From Nemertoderma westbladi (lineage: Eukaryota; Animalia; Xenacoelomorpha): a stretch of 64,000 nt of DNA. The notes under the pieces were generated by a model that was not told the origin of the DNA, did no database searches, and saw only the letters and a list, made by a program, of their open reading frames with translations. The stretch lies in NCBI GenBank assembly GCA_032718475.1, contig JAUCBJ010007486.1, positions 1 through 64,000 of the forward strand, written 5' to 3'. The position numbers and the translations under genes are program-made. Of this stretch, positions 48,464 through 60,515 are shown piece by piece. The first letter of the stretch is position 1. Each line of letters begins with the position of its first letter.

Positions 48464-50708
48464 TGTTGTGTCCTCTACGGTAGGGACTACCCTACAGCCT
48501 ACAAATCTACTAATACGAAGCTATAGAATATCTCTATCCGTAAAGTCCAGTAGTATACCGCTTACCAGATCCTAGTAACAATGTATCTTACTGTAAGACT
48601 CTAGTAATGAAACGGGCTCGTACAGTATCTGACAACAAATCCCAGTCCAGGATATCTAAACAAACAGATACAATACACAAACTACTACTGGCGAGGAGCA
48701 GAGCCTGGTGTCTATTCTAGGTACGTGGGCGGGTCTATTGCCTACGTACTAGACAAAAGGATACCTGTCCTCTAACCGGTATGGCAGATGTACAGTTACA
48801 GTAACAAACCAAACTCACGGGAAAACAATCCCCGCGCAGCGAATCCTAACTATCGCTGACAGTCCTAAATACAGTAACTTGCCGCGGTGTGATTTATATG
48901 GTTTATATACGAACTAGGTGGGTTACAGCCCTAGCGTAACAATACTGATCCCCCTGTCTGAATCAGCCTAAAAGAGGTCGTGCCTAAATGTAACGATAAC
49001 TGATCTCCCTGCACGAAATCAGTCTAAAAGGTCAGGCCTAAATGTAACAATACTGCTGCGCAGAAAACAACAGTTTAATAACGAAAATGAAATGCTCCCT
49101 CTTGCCGTAACTAAATATCTGATCCTAATTTACAAATACAGATAATTTCTGCCTAAAAGTAATCTAAAGTGCGCTATAACTAGTAGAAACTCTAAGGGTA
49201 AACGTGTTAGAAAAGTGTTACAAATAAAACAATTTTGGTGTTATCTTTTCACTAGGTTTTAGTAATTCTCTGACCGAAATAACACCGTGTGCTAGCTACT
49301 AAAATAAGCTAGTCGCGTTTTGTAGAACTTTATACTCACAAATGAAGTGAAAGCTCTCTCCTTCCTATCCACAACTCAACTGGGCAACCACGGTGTTAGT
49401 AACTACACCCGTGATCGGCACAAATACCAGATTCTGGTTGTAAGATAAGAAATAGGGATTAATTGCTACTGTACGTTAGCTGATCTGGTATACAAATTTG
49501 ATTCTAGAACTTTGTTGCCGCGGTAGTTAGCAGCAATACCTATCAGTACGTGGCAAGGCGCGGTAGGATATTAATAAAACCTCCCTAGGCCAAGCGGTGT
49601 GCCGGTAGCAGAAATGTTCCTTGCCACATCAAATAACCAACTTCAGGCAGGGGGGGGGGGGGGGGGGGGTACTAATGTATGCTCTACAAAGCGAACCGGT
49701 ACCAAACGGTCAGTACTGCGAATTACTAAATTATGGAACATATGCTGTCTGTACCTAATATGTACTCGCGTACGGACGGACGGCAATAATTCGCTTCTAC
49801 CTGTGAGGTATACAGGTAACCCAGGGGTTCGCAGGACTGACAAAGGGGGTTCTGCCTAAAATATAGTTATTTGATCCTAAATTTGTGGCGTCCCAGGACG
49901 ACGTCACGCTTACCCTGATCTATAGGTCTTACGGCGGGCAAGGGCGTCAAACAAAGTCTTACCTTCCTCATAAAGCGGGTGCTGCATGGCATGTGGAACA
50001 TTTTGAAGGGCGAAGGGGGTGTGCGGTCCAAGTTAATGTGGGCGCTAGCGTGTTGTGGACATCCTTTCCCTGCATTGCTGACGGCCTAACGGTCTAGGCG
50101 GTCAACTTCCCGATGTTTGGCTGTCCCAAAGTTGGACCAAAGAAAAACATGTTCAGGAGTTTGCAGTGTATTTACAGTTTAGCAAAGATTTATCAAACAG
50201 ATTTACAAATAGTTTCAACAAGAAACAAATAACTAAGCAAGAAGCAAAGTGAAGTGATAAGTCAAGTGGATACTAATAGTGAAGAGTGATAACCGATGGC
50301 AAACCAGCCCTTTATATACTAAATCTGGGACATAGAATTTACTAGAACCTCCTAGAGTATTCCATGGCCTCACATTGGAGCAATAAGATATTCCATGCCT
50401 TATGATTGGCCTAACTCATCGTTCGATACGTTGTACGCACCTCATTGGCTTACTTACCAATTTGTACCAAATGAAAATAAATTGCCCCAAAATACAAATT
50501 TCCCGACTAAGATTCGAACTCGTAACCTATGTAATGCAACCAACGCCTTAACCATCTGACCACTATGCCACGAGAGTAACTAGGGGTTTTATGTATACAA
50601 ATATGAATAGGCATATTACATTACTGTAACTTAATCAAAGTGCGTCGGATTTTCGAAAGTTTTTTACGTTATACTACAAATGCTATTCTATAGTGAAATA
50701 ATTCATCA
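48464..50708 (-). repeat. 5' LTR of element A
   Basis: Direct repeat of 16515-18770, followed by TSD CCAGG. Confidence 0.95.
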
Positions 50709-50713
50709 CCAGG

Positions 50714-51099
50714 AGCTAATACTAACCGCTCAAGACCTTCCACAGAACACAGGAGTCGTAGTTGTTAGATCATATTTCTGACAGTTAAACATGGACAATA
50801 AATATACCTGGAATTTTGTTGCTATTTGCGACAGAATAACCAGAGGAGTGTTTTCGGAGACGAGAAAGGTGGTGCGCGCGCGAGGAGATTGGAGGATGGC
50901 GGCTATACAATACCGCAACGAATTCTTGTTGACTCACGTACGGGTGGGGTCATTGACCGCTGAATGTGTAGAGGAGCAACGAACCGCGGCACCCACAGCA
51001 ACAACAGCCGGAGCTCACAGCTCGCGGCAAGTACCAGAAGGTATACTGTGGTATACTGATACGCTACTGTGTGGTTTTAGTGCACTAGCTGACTGGTAG
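50714..51099 (+). pseudogene. Element D accessory gene, part 3 (C-terminus)
   Basis: Removing element A gives ...LPQYQ-ELILTAQDLPQNTGVVVVRSYF*QLNMDNKYTWNFV..., loosely matching FVRKFLRSVNPSDLHSYNLI of the B/C proteins. Confidence 0.65.
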
Positions 51100-52058
51100 T
51101 CAACGCAGTACCGTACTACTAGCTGATTGCTACGCTGATGTATGTATTGCTAAAGTGCGCCTGATTCTTGATTGTGAATGCTTAGATAGGCGCCTTTCCC
51201 TTGATTGATTTCTATTTCTTAGTTTACATTTAATAATTGCTGATTAGGTCAAAATAATACAGTATTTAGGCTGTTGCTAGTGTAACCCAGTGCGTAATAA
51301 ATTAGAATTGCGTATTCTGGAACATTTAGTAATTAGTACGCTGTTCCGTATTTATGACTGTAGTTAATTAGTGTTAAAATAAGAATTTGTACGCAGCATA
51401 GCGGAGAGTAGTTTAAGTATTTATTTAGAATACTATAGACTATTCACGCTGGGCGGTTATTTGAAAATAGCGGGCAACAAGCTGATAGCAGCATCCAGTA
51501 TACAGTAGTAAGTTGCTGGCCTAAAGCCAGCCGAAGGCAAGTTTAGACCCAAATACAGTACCACGATTGGTCACGGTAGGTCATTCAGTCATTAAGTTAG
51601 TTTAAACATTCTCACATTCATCAATTCTGTTAGTGAATCCCAGTATATGCGATTGAGCGATAAGTGAACACGCTGAGTGTAACCTCTCCCACACTCGTTT
51701 TAAGTGGCTTAGGGAGCCGATTCGGGTTTATTGTTTTGGTTATTCCTGCGTGGCTCATAGATTCGAACAGTTAGCTCTCTGTCGAGCGATCGGTAGAGAA
51801 AGGAACAAGCGATTTGTAGGGGCCGTATAAAATTAGTAAAAAAAATTAGCGGACGGCCAGGTTAGCGCCATCCAGCGGTGAGAAGCAATTTTGTGTTTAG
51901 CAGCAGTGCAGCAGTAATAACGCGCTCCTGATCGCCCCTTTTTAACACTGTGCATAGTCGTTATTAATGGTGAAATCAATATTGGTGACGTATACTGTAT
52001 CTCCAACCATAATACTTATATTGTATTAGTGTTGCGTTGAAATAAATGAAATTAAAAA

Positions 52059-52180
52059 ATTATATACATAAGGGCATTCTAGACCAAATTAAATTTCTTC
52101 TGATTATGTTTTACATTTTGTCTTTTGACTTTGACTCGGTAGTGTGAACGCGGCCTAAAGTGCCATTTTATTGGCCCTTT
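52059..52180 (+). repeat. ~125-bp direct repeat, copy 2
   Basis: Matches 11881-12008. Confidence 0.9.
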
Positions 52181-52461
52181 TTGAAAAAATTGTTTGGCCA
52201 TCACTAAACTCCCTGGACGCGATGTTTAGAGCACTAAATTCAAATTTCACTCAATTTTAGAATGCAGAAAAAATACAATGAATGGTTAGGGCGTCAATTT
52301 TACCTTTTTTTGGTAAATATATACATGACAAATCATATTTCTAAGAACGATTGATGATTATGTAATACTATCCGATTATCATGTCCATTTCATTTAGTTC
52401 TAAATTCTGTAAACAACATCGGTAAAATCATACAAATTCTTACATACTTATTTATTCACAG

Positions 52462-53724
52462 ATACCCAAACAGCCACAACAACTGCACATTCGTCAACAC
52501 CTGCAGCCACAACAACACCTGAAGCAACAACAACACCTGAAGCAACAACAACACCTGCAGCCACAACAACATCTGGAGCTACAACACCTCGAGCTACAAC
52601 ACCTGCAGCCATAACAACACCTGGAACTACAACACTTGGAGCCACAACAACACATGGAGCTACAACGACACCTGGAGCTACAACAACACTTGGAGCTACA
52701 ACAACACCTGAAGCAACAACAACACCTGGAGCTACAACAACACCTGAAGCAACAACAACACCTGGAGCTACAACACTTGGAGCCACAGCAACACCTGCAG
52801 CTACAACAAAAGCTGGAGCTACAACAAAATCTGATGCAACAACACCTGGAGCTACCACAACACCTGGAGCTACAACAACACCTGGAGCTACAACAACACC
52901 TGGAGCTACAACAACACCTGTAACTACATCAACACCTGAAGCTTCAATAATACCTGGATCTACAACACTTGGAGCCACAACAACAACTGCAGCTACAACA
53001 ACACCTGGAGCTACAACAACACATGGAGCTACAACAACACCTGGAGCTACAACACCTGGAGACACACTAACACCTGGAGCTACAACAACACTTGGAGCTA
53101 TTATAACACCTGAAGCTACGACAACACCTGGAGCTACAACACCTGGAGACACAACAACAGCTGGAGCTACAACAACACCTGCAGCCACAACAACACCTGG
53201 AGCTACAACAACACCTGGAGCTACAATAACACCTGAAGCAACAACACCTGGAGCTACAACAACGCCTGGAGCTATAACAACACATGGAGCAATAACAACA
53301 GCTGGAGCTACAACAACACTTGGAGCTACAACAACATCTGGAGCTACAACACTTGGAGCCACAGCAACACCTGCAGCTACAACAACACCTGGAGCTACAA
53401 CACCTGGAGCTACAACACCTGGAGCTACAACACCTGGAGCTACCACAACACCTGGAGCTACAACAACACCTGGAGCTACAACAACACCTGTAACTACATC
53501 AACACCTGGAGCTACAACAACACCTGGAGCTACAACACCTGGAGCTACAACACCTGGAGCCTCAACAACACCTGGAGCTACAACAACACCTGGAGCTACC
53601 ACAACACCTGGAGCTACAACAACACCTGGAGCTACAACAACACCTGCAGCCACAACAACACCTGGAGCTACAACAACACCTGGAGCTACAACAACACCTT
53701 TAGACACAACCACTGGATTCCCAG
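52462..53724 (+). CDS. Host mucin-like exon (TTTPGA repeats, 421 codons)
   Basis: Acceptor TTTATTCACAG|, open frame DTQTATTTAHSSTPAATTTPEA...(TTTPGA)n...LDTTTGFP, donor CCAG|GTAAAC; phase 1-1, compatible with the FReD exon. Confidence 0.85.
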
Positions 53725-54586
53725 GTAAACAATATCCTTCTGGACTTGATAAACAATTTTCCGATAGGTCTGAAGGGGAGAAACGGGGGAAACTATTTAG
53801 TGAGTCAAAAAGGGTCAATTTATCAGGGATAAGGTTATATCCAAAAGGCATCAGATGGATAGGAAAGATAGGAAACAGTTGTACAGTAAACCGTATAATG
53901 GATCATATGGTAACCGAAATGGGTTCCATTGAATTAGATAATTCTGGTCTCAGATATCTATTTTGTGATTGTTGTGTATGAAATCGAATGAAATTCAGAA
54001 ATCGAATGAAATTTTCATAGGTCGGAATTGTCCGGATCCAGCATAGGACAATTCCGACCCAGATAATTTAAAAATAATAATAATAATAAAAAATAATTTT
54101 TATTCCAAAATTGTAACATTACTGAACGCCGTTAGTATTAACAGCGAGTTGTTATTTAGCACTTTACAACTTTAGAGGACATTACAGCATTATATTGGCC
54201 TGTACATTTAGTATTGTATTTGGTGTTATTGTTTACGTGACGACGCATGACGACGTTAAGTAATGTCCACTAAGGGGACATAACTTAACACCGTCATTGG
54301 ATACCACGTAAACACTAGGTGGAAATTTGCATGACAGCCAGATAGGCCTACTGCATTACCTACCGCAATGCGGGGTATAGCTATGTACATGGTACAATTT
54401 TATCCGGCAGTGGGAAAATTGTTAAACCCAATTTAATAAAATTATTATTAATAGTCTGGCTTCGATATGAAATGTAGGAAAGACATTTTTCACATGCCTA
54501 ATAGGTATGCATGACGTACAGTTTTATTGATATAATATTATTATCGGTTAAGAAAATGAAGGAACAATAAAGCTAATCAGAATCAA

Positions 54587-54815
54587 GGGGGACAGCCCAC
54601 AGTGCACAGGTAGACAGGTATAAAACCACACTACCACACATTCTTACATGTGGCTGTATCTGTGAAAGTGAAAGGGGCGCTAACACGCGGATCCCACCCT
54701 GAGAGAGACCACCCGATCCCAACCCAACGGGAATAAACCCCACGACCAACCACGGAGCCGGAAGTGGTTCATCTTGGAGACGTGAGTCAGACATCCGTCG
54801 CTAACCAACAGGGGA
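54587..54815 (-). mobile_element. Possible tRNA-derived SINE remnant
   Basis: GC-rich island with weak A-box (TGGTTAGCGACGG) and B-box (GGGTTTATTCC) similarity on the minus strand. Confidence 0.3.
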
Positions 54816-55797
54816 AAGGGGAGGCATCGACCCGAACTATATTGCCTTTAGTGATCCATGGAGTTAGCCGATGGCATGACTAGGCTAACTGACATGTAAT
54901 AACTGTGAACGATAGGCCTATTGACTGCCGGTCTGTGACGTAGGCCGGTCAGCCGGTGTTGAACGCAGGCGATGTAAGTATGTCAAGTGGTGAAATTAGT
55001 CAATAACGTCTAATTGCTAAATTGTATACAACCGTCAGTCAAGCTAATGAAAGCTGCCTGTTCCGGTGTATTTATTAAATTACCAAATATATTTACCGGT
55101 GCTGGTTAATGAAGCCTGACTACAGTACAAGACTATAATGCTATAATATCCTACTGTATACTGATGTATAAACAGTGGTACCGGTACCTGCGGTAGGCAA
55201 TGATAATAAAATTGTTGCATGCCATGGCCAGGGCATGGCCTATAAAGAAGTCCACATGCATGGGTCAATTTGTTGTGGAGAAAAGCAAGATAAAAAATGA
55301 CACTACCCCCATAAAATTGATATAAGACTTATTATAACATTTTTATCAAAAGATGAAAACCGCTTTTCTTCCAAAAGGATATAAAATTTGTCTCAACTTG
55401 CTTTAAAATCATATCTCATGATGCTAAATAACCTCCAGGGTAATAGAGGCTTGGAAAAAATATTACGTATACTAAAAGCACAAGAAAATTGCACAAAAAT
55501 ATATTTCTCTACTTTCCATATCTCATATATAAGGTACTAAATATTCACTCTGGCCTAATACAAAATAACCTTCCACGTATTACGTATAAGAATATTATGG
55601 ATACTAAAAGCACAATAAATTGCACAAAATATATTTATCTACTTCCCATATCTCATATATAAGGTACACGGGTATAGGGTATAAGGTACAAGTAAGAAAA
55701 TGTCATGTGTATTTTACCATCTGAGCCACGTCAGTTTCAGATTAATTACATTTGACCGAGTTTGATCTAACTCCAACATCACCAAAGTACAATTTCC

Positions 55798-56206
55798 TTA
55801 ATGAGGTTGTCCATTTATTTGGATTTTTAGGATTTTAGTTTTATGTTTCTTAGTAGCGATTACTAATTTCGCAGTTGGTTCTACCCCTGCAACTCTCAGT
55901 TCGGGTGTAGTTGGTTGTGAATCTACCAACATTACTAAACGTTGGATTGGGCGCTCGAGGATAGATCCAGTTGTAGTCTTGACGTGTGCTGTTCGGACAA
56001 GACCGTTATTATCAGCAATAACATCAACTATAACAACAGGAACCCAATGTTTTCGTGGTATGTTCTCCCCTTGAAGCAGAACAAAATCTCCAATTTTTAA
56101 ATTCTCACCAGTGCCAAGCCATTTATGAGCTAAAGAAAGCCGAGAAATGTAGCTTCTCTGCCACTGATCCCAAAATATGTCTGCGACACGTTGGGTTCTT
56201 TTCCAG
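55798..56206 (-). pseudogene. Integrase C-terminal tail of a further BEL/Pao element (E), interrupted by element C
   Basis: WKRTQRVADIFWDQWQRSYI...KW...LKIGDFVLL...PRKHW...NGLVRTAHVKT...LERPIQRLV; not in the supplied ORF track. Confidence 0.85.
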
Positions 56207-57383
56207 TGTTCGCGCTTTTAGACCTTTAGCAGTTTAACCCGCTAATTTTAGGTGTCTTCTAGTTAATAAATCGACTTTAGCCTATAACAAGTATTTGTTG
56301 CATATAAGATATAAAGTTACATTAGCCGAAGCCAGCCTATGCGCGACCATTCACCCACAGTTAAGGGAGACTGGATTCGGAGGCTCTGACCTTATTGCGG
56401 TGTAGACTTACTGTATTATTCGATTGCTCGTTAATATAATATCTCTGACAAATATTATTTACTTTCGGGAAATATTAACAGTTCCTTTAGGACGTGGCGC
56501 TCTAAGTATGTAAACAGAGTTATGACTTACACTAAACACAACGGGATGGCTAATGATTTTCGTATAAAGCGCATTCTTTAGGAAATGCTTTATCTGTCAC
56601 ACTCATGCACACTACCGCACACTGCTGCACACTGATCTGCCGACCTTCACCAAATTTGATCATATATAAGGAGAATAGCAACTGACACATGTAGGGATTA
56701 TGAAATAGCATTCAATTCACTCCAAAACCACTATAATGTAAGTCGCAGTTGCTACAGGTAACCGGTCTCTCTAACCTTCAGTATATCAAGAAGATTGGGG
56801 TTTTATGATTATTTATCGATATTCTCCAAATATAACAACATATCCATCAACTTATAACAATTAATAACCGACAGTAAATAGCAGTAAAATAATGCGGTGA
56901 AAGGTATGTATAGTATGCTATGAGCTGCGATAACAGTTATACGTTCCTATAATCAAAGCCTTCGAATGTTTGGCTTAAGTCTGAAACTCAGAATAATTCC
57001 AAAGCCGATGTTCTGGGGCTCAGGAAAAGGTAAACAAAGACCGTCATGCATTGCGCAATTTCCCATAGGCTTCTGTGCAAATAAAATGAAAATCGCTCTG
57101 ATTGGTCGAGTGAGCCGAACAAAGAGAGTTAAGAAAGCTCCACATCGACATCAAAATCAGCTGATAGATTTCGTAATCTAAACCACACTGTATTAAGAGT
57201 ATTTTGGCGTATTGCGGCATAAAATAGCTTGTTATGTCCGCTAAAGTACACATACAGAAAAATGGCTTTTTATGTCCGCTAAAACACCTACACAGTAAGA
57301 AAAACGGCTTTTTATGTCCGCTAAAACACCTACAGAGTACTTTGCGGGGGAAATGACTAGTTATATCCGCAAAAGCCTTTACA
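56207..57383 (-). repeat. 3' LTR of BEL element C, a diverged relative of LTR B
   Basis: TGTTCGCGCTTTT...GCCTTTACA with many blocks shared with LTR B; same PPT context (plus CCGCTCCCAGAAAATGGG). Confidence 0.85.
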
Positions 57384-57435
57384 CCGCTCCCAGAAAATGG
57401 GAATTAATTCTATAAAATATAAAAAATCACAGTTT

Positions 57436-60182
57436 CTAAAATAGGTATAAAAATGCTCTAAACAGTTCTTTCTTGCGCGGACGGCATTTACGCAGTTTTT
57501 TGAGGCTAGCAAGAGTCCTTTTCTCTTTGGGGCGAGCCACTTTACTAGGAGGGCTATAACTCCTGGGTGAAGGGTGCAATACAATTGCATCGGAAGGTTT
57601 AGGATTACGGTCGGTGTATCCGCCGGTCGAGGTACCTGGTTGATCGATATCAACCTCAGTGGAGCGAGGTCGAACGGCCTTTAGAGCGCGTTTCAGGACA
57701 GCAGCTCTTACTGGTCCCTGACGAGTCGTCTGAACAAGAGCGGTGGGTGGACCATGGGTAGTGAGAAACTTCCTCGGTTTAATGGTTCTTTCCAACTCGC
57801 GTTCTCGGGCTCGATATTCGTAGGGCCGTCGATGCACTTCCTGTAACTCTGGATGCGAGTTGATGAACAAATCGCCATATTCCGGATCTTGACGGATGAA
57901 GTTGATCAAGTTATAGGAATTAAGATCGTTAGGATTAATGTCCCTGAGATATTTACGAACAAATTTGGTTGAAATGCACTCGCCAACACGCTTCATTAGT
58001 TCGTAACTCGGTGTGCTTGATTTTTGTTCAACAGACGCGAATAGATAAGGATGGAACGCATAAACTCCTTCGTAGGCACGTCCAGGGTAATAGCAATGGC
58101 GTGACTCACAATGTAAATCCGCGTTCGCTTCCCAAGCTCGGATGTAGCGTAGGGTAATCATTTCATCTACGCTTTCCAGATCGCGGTTAAAAGGGCAATC
58201 AAAACTGGCATTTCCTTTAAGTTGACAATGATGGCATTGAGTCATAAATTGGGGGCAGACTGCGAAAATGTGCAAGTTATTGAGTCTGCAATATGCACAA
58301 TAGATCTCCATCGCCGGTTGTTCATGGAAATAGGAGCAGGGTACGTCTGAGTCCATGGGGGTGAGATGGTCTCTCGATGCGCATAAGCGGCAACGTTTTC
58401 GAGAAACATAGTTGGCATGCCGATAATCGTATGCGGGAGACACTGTGGACCTTGATACCATTCCAAGACGTAGTTGTTGTCGCTGCTCCGGGGCGCTGTA
58501 GGCTGAATCTCCTCGGATTCTAAGCATATTGGTTCATCTTCCAATTGCATAGCTGAGGTAGGTGTGGCGATCTCCTCAAGCGAACCCACTGTCTGAACTT
58601 CCACGATAGAATAACCCGTGGGGATTCCAGGTCTTTGTATAACAGAGGAATGTAAGTTCTGTATACAAACATCCTGGAAAATGGCGAATCCAGCGCTGTC
58701 TAACTTCTCAGCAGCTGAGTCTCTCAGACTGAGCTTGGTCAGAGCGCGGTCCTTGAACTGACTATCAACGTTACGGAACGGAGTCAGAAAGCGCCTAAAG
58801 CATTCGAAGCGGATGAATTTATTGTGATCATCTAGCTTGGCGAGTTTGGTTCCAAGTATTAAGGGATGGGCGCGTATAGTATGACTGCACACATCGGCTA
58901 GCCAACCGGCAAGTGCGGCGTTTTCAAAGATCGTGTATATAGCTAAGGAGGGACGAAGTGGAACACTCATGAAGCTATACACGACGCCAGGTGCGGTCAA
59001 TGGTCCATCGAAGTATAATCGAGAATAATGATCTCCATATACTTGTTGATAGTTGATAGGATTTCCGACCTTGAAATTCCATCCGTATTCTTGAAAGGCA
59101 AGATGTCCGATGGAGGTTCGTTGTACTTTAGTAATGCCGCTGGGTGTATTGGCATACATAGTTCGGAAGAAACCTCGGCCTTCTGCCCAGGGAGCAATCA
59201 GCTGAGTATCTACGAAAGGATATGGGATATTCTCCATGTTCCGAAAGTCGTTTTGAAGATCTCCATAAACAGCTGAGCCGATTTTAAGGATTCTTTCGTT
59301 AAACAACATCTCTAGCACGGGCTGGGGTAACATCGATCCATCGATACCCATGGCCGGTTTGCGCTCGGTGTCAGTGACGTAACGCTGCGCGAGTTCGAAT
59401 TGTCCATGTCGGAGTTTCTTTTGTATCTCGGTGAGGGTCTCAAAAGAATAATCAATCACGTCGGAACACGCTCGAGTAAACACGTGGTTAGAACCAGCTA
59501 GTCCTCGTATATGTATCATGCGCGTAGTTCCCAGTTCTCCAACCGGAACGCTACCTTCGTTATCGTAAGTGACAACTCCATACATCTCGATAACGTTAAG
59601 AGTTTCGTTCCACTCTTTAGTGGCGTTTTCTAGGGTCATTCCCACTGGATGCCACAAGGTGGCGCATTCGCTAGCGTTAGGTAGATCTCTATAGTTCAAA
59701 TACTGTGTAGTGTCTCCATATCGTTGTATTCTCTCCTCCTCGAATAACACGTCGAGATTCCAGTGGACTAATCGAGTTTTGATAAATCCATCGAGATTAT
59801 ACGGAGGTATTATATCCTTCTCTATTCTGGAAACATTATAGGGTTTTCGGAATGAGTTTACTTTCACTAACTGATCCAGATGTTTCTGCAGTTGTTCGAG
59901 TTCGACAAGATCGAGAGGATTTATTAGTGGTAGAAACCTTAGACTATGTGTAGGATCTTCCGGTTTTACCATGTAATATTGAGTTAGATTGACATAATAA
60001 GGGTGATCTTTGATCCCATAAAACGAGTTCGGTTAAGGTCTAGCTCGTATGTTGACCTCGTGTACCATACGACGGACAAGATCCGCTCTATTGTCCGGAG
60101 GTTCAACGAGTATACCGTCGACACGAGCGGCCTCGATTGGCGGACGTTGCAACATTTCAATGTTTGCAATGTTTCCCTCCAA
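57436..60182 (-). pseudogene. Element C accessory 3' gene: RNase D/WRN-like 3'-5' exonuclease fold plus three CCHC-type knuckles (one stop, one frameshift)
   Basis: VVTYDNE (ExoI-like), LPQPVLEMLFNERILKIGSAVYGDL (ExoII-like), FVDTQ, SIGHLA; 1-nt frameshift near 58436 joins 58242-59972 to 57436-58527; frame extends upstream to ~60182 through one TAA at 60033-60035. Confidence 0.75.
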
Positions 60183-60392
60183 TTGTAGAAGAATATAGGG
60201 CGATGTGAATAAACAAAATAAAATTTACTTTCAAACAATTTAATGACTTGGTTCTATAATAATTCTAATATGTACAAATATTGCCACTGATATTGCATAA
60301 TGATTTTTACATACAAATTAAATTACAAAAATATTGCTTTCTTTACTGCATAATGATTACTACATACAAATTAAATTACAAAATATTGCTTT

Positions 60393-60515
60393 CTTTATTT
60401 ATTTATTTAAAAATTGACGGTCTACCTAAATAATATAAAAAACACTCTGGCTAGGGCAGGTGAAAGGGGTAAGCCAAACCCGCGGGTTTGTCTCCCCAGT
60501 CACCTCCTTCCCCTC
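60393..60515 (-). mobile_element. 3' terminus of a LINE (stem-loop plus (AATA)n tail)
   Basis: Hairpin GGTGA..GGGG..CAAACCCGCGGGTTTG..CCCC..TCACC followed on the minus strand by AAATAAATAAATAAAG. Confidence 0.5.

Larger units (their letters stand above)
16515..50708 (-). mobile_element. BEL/Pao LTR retrotransposon A (full length, decayed ORFs, two nested insertions)
   Basis: Paired ~2.25-kb TG...CA LTRs, 5-bp TSD CCAGG (16510-16514, 50709-50713), gag-PR-RT-RH-IN with BEL signatures. Confidence 0.95.

Noticed and set aside
52448-53851. 467-aa minus-strand ORF rich in VVAPG (elastin-like)
   Set aside because: It is the antisense shadow of the plus-strand TTTPGA exon, which has proper splice sites and the same strand and phase as the FReD exon.
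57436-59972. 3' ORF as an envelope gene
   Set aside because: No signal peptide, transmembrane segment or fusion-protein Cys pattern is visible; the motifs fit a nuclease fold plus knuckles.
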